Shown here piece by piece: positions 34,493 to 47,719 of a stretch of 64,000 nucleotides of DNA; position 1 is the first letter of the stretch, and every line of letters starts with the position of its first letter. A program made the translations under genes and the position numbers. Origin of the DNA: Auanema rhodensis. Its lineage: Eukaryota > Animalia > Nematoda. The DNA lies in NCBI GenBank assembly GCA_964057225.1, contig OZ059894.1:13826001-13890000 (forward strand), in the 5' to 3' direction. The notes under the pieces were generated by a model that searched no databases, was not told where the DNA came from, and worked only from the letters and a program-made list of their open reading frames with translations.

Positions 34493-37400
34493 CAGATTAA
34501 TTCAAATAAAATAATTGAAACAGAAGACGTTCTTCAATATTTATTGTAGACAATATGAACAATCGCAAAGGTTCTAATCAATGATTTGGAACGAGAGAAA
34601 ACAAAGTATTTTATCATTTGACATGACTACACTGTAGGCAACTATGTAGTTTGTTACAATGCTAATATTTTAATCTTTTCTGTTTTGTTAATTTCATAGG
34701 TTAAATGATAACTATGATATTTATTTCAGAAATAATGAATCATGATTTCTATAAGTTTTCATTGGGATTTTCCATTGAATCCCTTTTAATCCATCTGTCT
34801 ATCTCTCTCTATCTCCGTTTCTCTCTCTCTCTCTCTCTCTCTCTTATGCGATCTTATGATATCATCTTCATCGGTTTTTTGAATATTAGAATTTAATAAT
34901 AAATTACATTCTGTATAGTTTTCAATTTACATATGCTTACACTACATTCTTTGCTAACTGTTGCAAAGACCATCAAAATTTTTGGAAGTAACGACTCGTT
35001 CGAAGGAATGGAAAAGGAAATTGACGAGGAGGCTTCAACAAGATATTTAATGAAACAGATATAGACACTGAGATGAGAAGTTTAATCTGAAATTGAAAAA
35101 TTAAAGTTATGAGGCTACACTCAGAAGACACGACAGGATGTTTTTGAAAGACTTTGTGTTTGAAAAAGACATTGATCAATTTCACATCAGCAATTCAATT
35201 TTGTTTTATAAATTTAATTGAGTTCTGAACTATATTTCAGCTAATTTAAATCGGATATTTTTGGTTAAAACTTGAAAATACAACCCATAAAGATCAAAGC
35301 TTTAGTATAACAATAAGGTTTACAAGAGGATATACTTCAAAAATCAAAGAATATCTCCTTGTATCTCCCTATCTATCTATCTATCTCTTCATTCCCTTCT
35401 ATTACTAGAAAATAATTTTTTTTATAAAATACGGTGCAATTTGATATGCGAAATAAATTAAAAACATTCTTTTTCTACTTTGGATCACCTGATTCGTCTA
35501 ACAAACCACGACATTTAGTTGAAGCAGCTGACTTAGTCATATATAGAGAATTAATATTTTTAAAAAAAAAGAAAAAGAATTAATATTTTAATATTTCCTT
35601 GTAAATAATTTTTTTTTGATTTTTGTTTTTTTTTGTCTTATAAAAACAAAATTAATAATAATCTCAATATTTATATATATATTACTATACTATACACAAT
35701 CACAGTGTTTGTATACATGTTCATAATCATATAGATGACTGTTTTATTAATTATTTTCTCATAATTTATCTCAATATATCGTATTATTAAATTAAAAAAT
35801 AGATGTAATTTCTCAAGACAATATGTTTAGATACAGCTTGTGAAATATGGATGAAATGGAACTAAACCACGTGTAATAGTGAAGTATTATTGAAGCTTCG
35901 AATTACAAAGATTCAAAAGATTCAAAATAAAAATTTTAGTCAAATATTTTGAATATTGAATTCAAATTATATATATATATATATTTATATTTATTTATTC
36001 TGTCATAATATAATTATTTTTAAAAGAAATACATTATTCAAAGACTTTATGACATATTCCACAAATTATTGAAGACCAGCCTAAGATGAGAATAATAGAA
36101 CAAAACATTTCCTTCATGACTAATATGTTCTTAACTTCTTCTTTTTCAAAAAAAAACCTTCGAGGGCACTCTGTAAGCTGAGGACATCATCTTCATCTGA
36201 GCTAAATAGTCTGTGTTTTCATGAAAATATTCATGTTCTACTCAACTTCCTTTAATTTCAATTGAATAAGTGAGAATGGTCTTGAATAACTTTGCTATTT
36301 AAACCGAAAACAATGTTCCGATTTAGTACAATTCTCTGGATTTTCAATTTTAAAACTTAAAAATCTTTTTAAATTTAAATTTATTTTGACTTGTAATATA
36401 TAAAACATTTTTCATTTTTTTTCATTTCATTTTATCCACTGAACTTTCTTTTGATAATATTTCTGCCAACAATCATGTTTTCTAATATTTATCTATCCAG
36501 AATGAAATTGGCAACCCATATACACTCAAAATGGTATAATAATACTGTATCTTATCATATTCTTCATTGGAAATCTGTAGTAATAGTTTATTTAAATTAT
36601 TTTTATGATTATTAAATCATTTGAAATGAAATTGTCGTCTGTAAGTTAAATTGAAAATTTGCAAATTTTCATTGGAAGTTATTATCAAAATATTTTGAAG
36701 CAGATGTTAATTTACTAATTCTTTTAATAAATTTTGCGTTTTGAAGCAATTTTGTATCATAAATAGCTCGAACAATTAACGTCAAACACAAGCTATACCT
36801 GAAACATTTGATTTTTCATAAGATTTTCATAATATTATAACAGATATTTATAGAAAAAAAAATTATAAATTCTTATAATATGAAGAAAAGAAATATTAAA
36901 ATTTTCATCAATTTATAGTTATATTAAGATATATGTGCACATATACATATATGTATATACATTGTTTCCCCTGCTATAACTTGAAATTTGAAAAAAAAAT
37001 TAAAAATAGCTCACAAAGTAGATAGTAAAGCCTTATTTAATCCTATCAATTACATATTTCAACAAATGTAGTTTCACAATTTGTATCCAAAAGATGTTTC
37101 AAACTTTCATTTTTTCATAACCAAACACATAGTAATTATATTCATATTTATAGATAAATCTAAATAAATTGTAATATTATAGTCAAATATATAAAATTAT
37201 AAACATAAATGTATTTTTTTAAATATTATATAAACTAGAAAGTTAAATATAACAATGTATGTTTCATTGTATCCATGAAATATAAATCAAAAAATAAAGA
37301 TGATTAACATTTATTATTAAATAACATGATATATAGTAAGTATAAGAATTACTTTAATCAATTATTATTAAATTTTTCATAAAAAGAATTATATTTGATA

Positions 37401-38594
37401 ATTCTCATCATTTCATAACTTTTTCTTTTTTTTTCATCTAAGAATATACATCTTATGATTTCATTGTAAGACAGATTTTAATTATTCTTCCATATAAGTT
37501 ATTCATAGAAATTCACTAATTATTGTCATGAAATTAATAGGAGTGCTAAAGACAAATCTTCATTTCATTTGTTTTCTCGCATTTGTTACAATTATTTGAA
37601 ACAATTTCAATTTTAATCTTTGTCGTATCTAATTATTCAATTTTTTAATAATTTTTGGAAGCATAAAAGCTAATGATAAGTTATGTCATGCTGCCTTTTT
37701 GCAACAGCATCGTTGCAGCTTGGAATATGCAGGATTACAGCATGAATTTCGTTATGTTTCCAAAATATGACATTTACTTACATATATACAAACATGAAAC
37801 AGTTGCAGTTTCACCATTTCAAGCCATTCTAACCTTATGATATCATTTGACGATCTCTTTAATCCTTCTCTCTATTTCTCTTCACATTTTTTGTCTTTCA
37901 ATATATCTTTTCACATTTCTCTGATCTTCCATTTCAGCCGACTTTTCTTGTTAGAGCTTAGCTCCACCCCTTTTCTATCCGGCCTTTGTTCGGCTCCACC
38001 CTTCTAAGAGCCCAGTTTGAATATATTTCACCTCGTTTGGTCAGACGGAATTTCCTTGTAACCCAATCCTTCGAATATATTACTTCATCATTAATATTGT
38101 GCACATACATATATAGTGTTTTTGTTAAATATATATTTTTAATTATAAAAAATACATATGCTAACTATATCATAATAATAATAATATACATATACATGTA
38201 TAGTACTACTCTCCTATTATTCATCTTCATAATACCCTTCACATTTCGTGTGTTGATCGTCTCTAAATATGAAAATTTTTCGAATATTCAATATCTCATC
38301 TATAAATTTTCATTTTTTAAATTTTTTTCTAGCAACTGCTAGTCTGAACATAGCTATTAAGAAATCGTAATAACTACTTCAGCTGCTCTTAAATTCCAAT
38401 ATTTATACTTTTCCATTTCCGATTTCTACCGCTTTTAGCAACTATTTTTCTTCCTTTGTTCGTTTATATGGTGTCAACCATTTTACCAATTAATTTAATA
38501 TTAAACTATAAAATTATAACTTTATTCAAGTGAATTTTAAATCTTTTTCTTGTTAATATGTTAACTTATAAGTCTTCATCAATTCCAGTTACAA

Positions 38595-38928
38595 ATGTGG
38601 GCCGCTTTACTCGTTCTAGCCATACTTGTTTCGAACTCTTCAGCTCAATACAACGTGGTAATTGTTTTTTGCTCTCATCAACCATATCATTTTCCATTAT
38701 TTCAAATAAAAAATCGAAAAATTATTTGTAATTCTTGAATGTTTAGGAGGATGTGTATGCTGTAAACACGCAGGGTAATATCTTCCCTTGGGTAACCAGG
38801 TTCTATCCCGAAGAGAAAGTAATGTTTTGTTTTGTTTTCTAACAATTCTCAAGCCAGAATTTACTTTTTTGATAAAAAAAAATCAAATTTAGACAAGATA
38901 TGTTCTTGAATTCATATCCTCATTATAG
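38595..38928 (+). CDS. Candidate small secreted peptide (three exons, ~56 aa)
   Basis: MWAALLVLAILVSNSSA signal peptide, then QYNV|EDVYAVNTQGNIFPWVTRFYPEEK|TRYVLEFISSL*, through two phase-0 GT-AG introns. An acceptor-like TTCCAG lies just upstream of the ATG. Confidence 0.5.
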
Positions 38929-40730
38929 TCATGTATATATGATGATCTTAAGCATTCACAGCTTATCACACAGATGTGGCAATTCAGAATTACCACCTGA
39001 CTAACTAATAGATTCTAATAATTCTTTCAGTTATATATACATGTTATGATGATTTTTAAATTATTCCTATTTATAATTAAGCATTTATTTAAAATTATCG
39101 AACATAAAATCATAATATCAAGTTCAAAAACCAACAACGATGCCGCGAATGATGGCATTCTACATACTAATGTTCCAAACAATTTTTTCTTTTCAGCGAT
39201 CATCCAGTGCAAAATTGAAATCATTAAAAGAACGATTCCGAGGAACTGGAGTAAAAGAAACATTCTTTGGATAAATCAGAAAAATAATGAAACAATCATT
39301 GTATCACTGTATTGTTTTTTTATTGTGAATGATTATACTCTTATGATTAGATTGCAAATATTATCCGGCTTCCTCATTACATCTCATCTTTCTCATGTTC
39401 CTAAAATGCATACGATTCCAAATATTATTAACAATAATAATATACGTTGATATTTACTTGTTTTACTTGACAATAATTTGAGAAGAAAACACATTTTAAT
39501 TGAAATTTCCGATTGTTAAATTCACAGAGTTCTACTCCTATTTAAGGGGTCAACAAATTTTGATAAATCCCACGAAACACAATTATTCATAAACTTCGAA
39601 AATCCAAGAAAATTTAAGATTTTCTTAGAAACTGGAAGAAAAATATTAAACACATTTCAAACTTGATAAATAGTTAAACAGAAATGTCTCATTTCAAATA
39701 TTTTACACATACACATAAGCATATTAGACAAGTAGTAAACATAAATTTATAAAAAAAACCCTAAATACTTATTTCTTTTTTTAGAAAAGTATATCAGAGT
39801 ATTTTCAAAGCTTTTGATAATCCTGATTCTGATTGTATATGCGCTGTTATTATATTTAGAATATGCCGATTATCTTCTGATAAAAACACTAAGAAATCTA
39901 AAATAAATCACATCTGAGAAATGCAACCGCTCCTCATCCTATTTTGAAAAAAATAAGTTTCTCTACGTCAAAAGTCACGTTCACTAAGATACATGGAGAT
40001 GCTGGAGTTGACAAATTCAAATCACATTTAGTTGCAACTCATTTCGTGCTTATCTATTAAACTATAAAAGACTTTATTGATGATCATGAAACATACATGT
40101 ATACCACACGATTTTATTAATGAAAGGTGGAAGGGAGGGCAAAATAAACAAAGAAGTTTTAAACTATTGCTCATTTTATAAAAAATATAAATATACTAAT
40201 TTAATACTATGGCGGATCAGATTGACCAGAACAATTGATCCGTAGAAGATATACCTACATGTAACGAACAATAACAGCATAGAACTGCCGCGTTTCACAT
40301 TTTCTGAGCACTGATGTATGAATCATCTGACCCAAGTAATTGCATGCCAAATTGAGATGAACATAGAGCATAATATAAAACGATGAATCTATATGAACTA
40401 TAAAATTACCTATGGAAAGATTTTTAAAAAATTACAAAAAAAACAACACTAACTTTCTAGAGTTTGGAACAAGCCTACGGCTTTTTCTGATTTTTTCTAT
40501 ATTAAGATAAAAAAAGAATAACAAAAATATTACACCCGGTCGACAACCAAACAAACGAAGATGTGAGAATATGGAAAAATAGAATGATGACGACAAAAAA
40601 ACCAAGGAAATGGTCAACAGAGTGTATGAAATCTAGTGTGAAATATTTGAACAAACACATGAAAACTGTGAAATAGAAACTGTTCTGTAACTTATATGGA
40701 TAACAATATAACATAAGTACAACTCTTTCC

Positions 40731-43624
40731 TCAGCCAATAACCTCTTCTTCGTGATCCACCACAAGGTGATCACCTCTTGATGGATTTAATTGAGTGGGG
40801 GAAAATAGACTTATAGACGACGGTCGCAGAGGTACTTTCTGTTTCTTAGGTCTGAAAATAAGACAAATAACTATAATAATTTGAGCCAAAAAACTCACCG
40901 TTCTTGGAGAGGCTTTCTTTTCGTCGCAAAAATTTTTTCACTTTTCCATTTTTGTCGTACTGCATCTCGCATTATTATATCACTCGTATCATCAACACGA
41001 TATGATCGCATTCTCCTGAAATGATATAGAATTAAGTTTATTCATCTTAATCATGTAGGACTATCAGTATATACAAAAAGCCAAAGAATAACTCGTTTAT
41101 GATCATATAGAATCAAACTCTCTGAACTAAGACCACTGATAAGATCCGAAAATATCAAAACGCTTGCTGAGTGCGAAACTGAGTTCGATATGATAACTAC
41201 TCTGAATTGCAACACAGGTGAAACAGATAAGCGAGGTGACACATAAAACGAAAAACATGGGACCATCTCTAACTCAATATTTTCTAGAAATGAGTTCCAT
41301 CATCAAGAATTTTCTTTCAAACGTCATTGATCCCCCAAATCGAAAAGGGACAAAAGTGGTGTGGATTCTATACATTTTCTTTCGAATGATTACCTATCTT
41401 CGAGAAATGAGTCTACACCACGCGGGAAATTGATGAAAGAAACGGAAAAAACATAAACGCAAGAAGAGAGCTTTACTGTTTGAGAGCAATGTGCGAACCG
41501 GCATATGACGCAGAGAATCGAATCTCCCCGTTGTAGATCTACTCATTCACGTCAGCAGAGCACGTAGAAGAAACAGTTGGAAACTGTGTAGAGTCAACAC
41601 GGAAGACTTCGAACCGTGTCTGTGCAATAAAATAGCATGAGCAAACGAGATAGCTACATAACAGAGAAAAAGAGAACAATTGGTAGATAAGCACGAGCAG
41701 AAGCAGCGCAAAGGAAAAAGAAAGATACAGTTAGATCGTTTAAGAAAGCACAATATATCGAGAAACAGAGAATATGGACAAACTGAAATAGTTAAGAAGT
41801 ACTGATATCTAAACCATGCTAGTCGCTTGTTATGTTCGAAACTTTTCAAACCAATCAATGGCTATACGGGAGAAGATAATGAGTACCTTATCTATATCAC
41901 TCAATAGTAATTCCAGAAGTAGGTAAACAATAATAAAGAAGATGTTGTACGACAAGAAAAAAAGCTGTCCAGACAACGAACATGTAATGAAAAAATAAAA
42001 TACGTACCCTACTACGCCTCCTGTGTTCGGTGGACATCTGTGAAGTAAACCAGGTTGGAACACTTCTTCAGCGCAGGCGGTTTCACAATCAGGATGAACT
42101 GTCCACCAAGAGCCGGCTTCGTTCATAACGAGAAAGTCTTTTCTTGGCTAAAATATAAATTTTTACCAATAAATTTGAATATCCCCTAATATTATTATTC
42201 AACACTCTTAATTATTAATAAATGTACTGTGATATTCGTAATGTGGTAATCAAGGAGAGGTCATCACTTGCTTAACGGAACACTTATAACGCGCCGTTTT
42301 TCCCACATGAGCTATCCTCATTAGATAGAGATCCTTCTTACAAATCAATCTTTTGACCTGTAGTTGTTGACTATCGCAGACAAATCAAACCGTTTCAAGT
42401 TCAAAGACAATACATTAAAGAATCATATAAAACTTATGTGACAATATAAGGTAAATCATTACTTTCACACTTTTTTTAAAACATAGAGTAAAAATATAGT
42501 TTAAAAATAAAGAGACTTACATTTGGTGTCAATACACGAACGAAAACGGCAGAAGACATGAGACAATGTCTAATGGATTGTCGCCAATGCCGTCCATGAG
42601 CTGATGATGGATTCTAAAAATACCGGGAAGGTAAAAAACAAATATTTTTATATATCTTACTGTGTCTTCGAAAATTTCGAAAATGGCATTCAAGGGCAAC
42701 GCTCGGTATTCGGACGTTAAAAGGGTTCGGAACAACCAGCACACCATTGAGCATTCCCTCAGCCTTTTCCGCACTGAAAATATTGGGGAATATTATAAAC
42801 ATAAAAATTAAAAAATTGATGAATATATAATCTATAGTAACCCCAAGTTCATTTTACGGAATGGGAGACCAGTCATGGATACAAAAATCACATAGAGAAG
42901 ACAACTGTCTTCTATATTGTAAGGATAAAACACTAGGCATGGGAGGATGACGCTGAGAAACAATGATGAGAGGTGAAGAACATTTAGAAAATGAAAAAGA
43001 AGATAAACGAGAGACACGAAAGATATCTTGGAACACAGCTTCTCGTAACTCTATACCCTTTCCAGAATTTAGGGGTACTTCTCTATACTTTATGAAAAAA
43101 GAATAAAATGACGAGGTAAGAAAAAACAATGAAAAGAAAAGGAAGGAAAAACAATTAATTATAAAGAACGAAAATCAAAATAAATGTCTACTAACTCATA
43201 ATAGGCCTCCTTGCTGGGTGTGTTGTTTTTTCTTCTCGCGGTAAAGACATTGATGGATCAATCATAGTCAAATAATTATCATATGGCGAAAACGATGTAG
43301 CTAAATAACAGTAAACATAATTTATATTGGAATTCAAAGCAAAATACCGTTGATATCACATCCTTCCCCAAATGAAGAAATATTAGAGAATGAAGAACAG
43401 TCGTCATCCATTGATAATAAAGAAGATGGTGAATTTCCAGCAGAATCGTCCAGAATATCTTGAAGAAGAAAAAAATAATACAGTACACAAATATATATTA
43501 AAATTTTACCTTCTTTTAGTTCTTGTTTACCCCAATCAAGTCCGAACTCATCTTCTGAAACCAAAGGTTGTGCAACAGCTGAAAGCAACATAGAGAGACC
43601 TCCAGATGAGCAAGCGTCTTCCAT
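40731..43624 (-). CDS. Divergent forkhead (winged-helix) transcription factor, ~8 exons; possible extra 5' micro-exon at 44653-44663
   Basis: Exons at ~42659-42773, 42521-42613 and 42007-42147 splice in frame to CSMVCWLFRTLLTSEYRALPLNAIFEIFEDT-NPSSAHGRHWRQSIRHCLMSSAVFVRVLTPN-PRKDFLVMNEAGSWWTVHPDC. This matches the forkhead pattern W-x-N-S-I-R-H-x-L...F-V-K/R-V...G-S-x-W-T-x-x-P. The N-terminus is acidic and Ser-rich, and there is a basic NLS-like KRKPLQERPKKQK. Stop at 40731-40733. Confidence 0.78.
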
Positions 43625-46600
43625 CCTGTGGTAATAAAATGAGATAACGGAACTGAAAAATTACATTATAGTACAGTAGTTTGAGGAACATGACCGAATA
43701 AAAAGATACATGAAAGAAAATTAATATTATAAAAAATGAGAGAAAACAAATGACCAGAATTAAGCACTGCATATTCCTACTTCACCATGACAACCATGTG
43801 TGACCAAAAATAGATAAAAAGGGGTAAAGCAATGCTATTGACAAGTTGGCCAAACGATAAGCCGCAAAAAACGAAGACAACTTTAGAAGCTCGTGAAAAG
43901 AAATTGATTGAAATTATAAATACTATTTGTATGAATATTATATTATAAATTATTATAATGAAGAACTAGCACAAAGTTTAAGAAGAAAGATATTTTGATG
44001 AGGAAAGCTGAGAGATAGACAACTATTCTGAAGTGATCAGTAGTTAAGCAATTTATTAAATACTACTCTGAAATATGAACGGGAATATGAGTTGTAGACT
44101 TCACAAATCATGCTTTTACTGCATTTCCACAATACTTGAGATAAAAAAACAAATCAATCAATGACTTAAGATTTATGCCTCAAGGTTAGTGATGAGGCGC
44201 TCGGCTAATGGGTACAAGAAGCATCTTGCCGTAGCAAATCTTACACATAAAAAACCAAAGAGTTTAACATTAATATTCAATCCAAGGTTTAGTTGCTTAT
44301 TCCTCATTGAACAAGAAGGAACAACACAGGATAATAGATAAAATGTACATTATCGCTGTAAATCCCTTGACAGACGGGTCGTAAGAGCATAAGTAGGTGT
44401 AAGTGGTGCATGGCTTTTTTTGCCCTATTACAACATGAAGATGAGCAAAACTTTTTCTGTAAGAAAACGACAGGTATGCCTTCAATAAAGGAATTGAACC
44501 AGAATATAATTGCAACATATAACTAATAAACCACAAAATAAGAATAGGAGCATCTTAAATAGAAACATATCAATTGCAATAAAAATTCCATTGTATAATA
44601 AATAAAAACAGTAAAAATCAAACAAGATTACAAGTAACAGAAGAATGCTTACCTGTCCTGCATATAAACAAGGAAATCAGAGAAATGCTAATGAACAGAC
44701 TCATTATAACATCTATACATAGAAACATTATGAAGCATGCAGGATAAGAAGAGGGCGGGTGGGTTGTGACAAAAGAGCAACCAACGGTCCTAAGACGATC
44801 TTTGACAACGTTATTAATTGATAGCTATTCTATGAATAAATGCTATGAATAACTTTTTAAAATCATGAGAAAGCATACAAGCATATAAACATATTGCAAC
44901 AGGAGAAACTTAATACAATTCATACTAAACTATAACGAAAAAACGGAAGTAGTCAAAATATATCAAAGCGTTTAAAAGTGTTTTCAAGTAAAATGTTGGA
45001 ATTAAGAGAGAAAGAAAGGAAGAAAGAACGAAAGGAAAAATAATAAAAGCGAGCACATGTTCATAGATCTTAACACAAAAATGATGCAAAGTACAAACCA
45101 TACGTGGTTCACGTGGCTTTCATATGCATCATGCATGCGTATGCTAATGTAAATCAAGATTGAAATCAGAGCAAGAGATATAATATTCAATTCAAAAAAA
45201 TCAATATTACAAACATTATATAAAAGGATTAAAACTGTACTTTGTTACGTAAAAGCTTGTTTTTAAAAGAAATACGATGAATATATGACGGCATCAATTG
45301 CAATGTTTAAAAGCTTGTTAAAATATTTTTCCAAATCATCTATTGGATAATTTTTATCTTGAGAAAATATTTCGAAGCGGGAAGGATAAAGTTCATAAAA
45401 CTTAGTTCTAACACATATCTGCCTTCTATTTCGCGCCATCGATTCTGATTCGAATCGCATTCATAGTAAAAGTTAAAGGACTGCTTGAAAGATGACCTTT
45501 AAAAAAAATGCTTCCATTGTGCCCAGGTTGACAGATGGATCACCCTTATCTGGTTTAGCGAAACGAAATATAGTAAATAGAACGCAATACGCAAATAATA
45601 TTAATACAAGTGAAAAAATAATAATTCGTTTGGAAAAAAGTATGAAAACGACGAGCATGAAAGGAATAAAATAATATGATAAGGTGCCACTACCACGGCG
45701 TCTCCGTAAAATATGAATCATGAATAAGTTATATAAGTACTCATTCTTTTCCTCTCTCTTATATAGACTATACATACATGACTATAAGGATTTGTAGTTT
45801 ACATTTGTCTATAGTACGGGAATGTGACTAAAAACGTTTGCAATATAGGAAGAGATTGGCTGAAAGTTAAAAAATTGAGGAAGCAAGAACAGACGCTAGA
45901 AGATTGGAGAGAAAACTGATGGGTGAGAGATGGCAAGAAAGCTGGCTCCTGGTTTTCGCATGCTCATTCATTAAACTCCTATTTGTTCTTTGCTGATTAT
46001 TTTAAAGAATGTGCAGTTCAACTAGATAATCAAGACAGACAATTCAATGAAACTCATAAGGGAAATTGTAATTTTCCAAATAATTCAAATGTCGTACTAT
46101 ATATTGACAAGTCGATCAACTGTGTTTCCTCGTCTTCTATTAGGTCTAGAGTAGCCATGACGGTATGACGACATAATTACGTTTGCCGATTGAAACCGGT
46201 TTTCCAATATTTCTAACTTTGATCTTTCGTTCTTAATTCTTTATATAGAAACTTTTTTTGAAAATTTGGAAATGTTATTAAAAAAGATTCAAGCATTTCC
46301 AGGAAGAATCTATGTTTCTCGCAAAGTTTACGGGTGGATAGTTTTTCCAGAAAAGCATTTTAATCTGGTTGTTTCATTTATAATGTCCTGATTTATCAGA
46401 CATTCCTAAAGGTAGAATCAAAGAATGATCAGATCATCAAGGCAAATGTTGTGAAGATCGTAAATTTAGTTAAAAATGAAGTTTCTAATGCCTATGAATC
46501 AATATTGTTCATATGAGATTTGAAAAAACAGATGAATAGTTCAATACTAATGTATTGTATGACATATACTATTAGACATTACAAAAAGTCAAACAACAAT

Positions 46601-46713
46601 TTGAAAAAAATACGGAAAAAATTATAGAAAATGTGTTTCTTACTAGATAAGCAGTGATAAAAATCCAATGTTCATCATTATCACAGATTGAACTGTGATA
46701 TTATTATAAAGTT

Positions 46714-46716
<3 letters not shown>

Positions 46717-46762
<46 letters not shown>
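46717..46762. repeat. (AG)n microsatellite
   Basis: Seen directly. Confidence 0.9.
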
Positions 46763-46771
<9 letters not shown>

Positions 46772-47664
46772 CAGATAGAGAAAGAGATGGAGTGAGATAG
46801 AAATAGAGAGAAGAGTAAAAGAGATAGTGCTGTTGAGAAGGTGAGGATAATAGAAAGAGTGGAAGAGAGTAGATGGCGGGACGTTTTTCTCACTGTTATC
46901 TACATTGATTAAAATAATTTGCAATCTGTTTCAAATGAGGAAAAAAAAAGAGTAAGATTTGAAGATAGTATTAGATATCTGCATAGAATATTTCATTTTT
47001 CTAGCTGATAACTGATAAACTGCAAGCCAGCTGAGCAATCAAGACGACAGCTTGCTTCTGCTTGGGCTAAAACAAACAACTTGCCCTGCTGAAGACGAAA
47101 AGTTCTGTTGAAGAAAACGGCAGTTCAGAGTACTGAGTGAAGATTTAAGCTTACGAACCCGAAAATTGAACTTGATACTTTGGTTCACTGATACCACGAC
47201 TGAATATCATGCACAATTAGATTTGGTTTTCATATACATATGTATAGTTAAAGGCAAGATATTATAATGTGGTAATTTAATTAAACCTTTTATTAAGCAT
47301 TTCAAAGTTCAAACAGTTGTATTTGAAATATTTGAAACACAATAATTTTTTTTTCAGTTAAACACGTTGAATTGGATTTATTTGAAAGAAGTTTTTACTA
47401 TTCTATAATAAACAGTGAGAAAAAGTCAATGAAATATAATCCCCTGAGGAAAAATGAGAGGACAAGAACGAATAAGAATATAGTACGAACAGAAATTTAA
47501 AAAAGTTATAAAGAAATGAAAAATAGCTGAAATTCATAATTATCTTATCTTAAATAGACAAAATATATTTTCTTTTTTAAAAGATTAAATGGTTACTTAA
47601 TGGCATACAAAAATCTTTTTTCTACTTCCTTCCTCTGTTAGTTTGCAAAAGTGTGAAATAGAAA

Positions 47665-47670
<6 letters not shown>

Positions 47671-47716
<46 letters not shown>
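47671..47716. repeat. (GA)n microsatellite
   Basis: Seen directly. Confidence 0.9.

Positions 47717-47719
<3 letters not shown>

Noticed and set aside
37685-37745. Nested inverted repeats TCATGCTG...CAGCATGA with TGCAAC/GTTGCA
   Set aside because: Short stems with no recognisable ncRNA motifs or Pol III/snRNA promoter context. Could be chance.
42850-43085. Extra exons in the forkhead gene suggested by ORFs at 42832-43129
   Set aside because: Canonical acceptors there give in-frame stops. Direct splicing from ~43196 to ~42773 keeps the frame.
45919-45970. Possible miR-74-like hairpin (TGGCAAGAAA...)
   Set aside because: The stem is short, G-U-rich and interrupted, and the match is limited to 10 nt.
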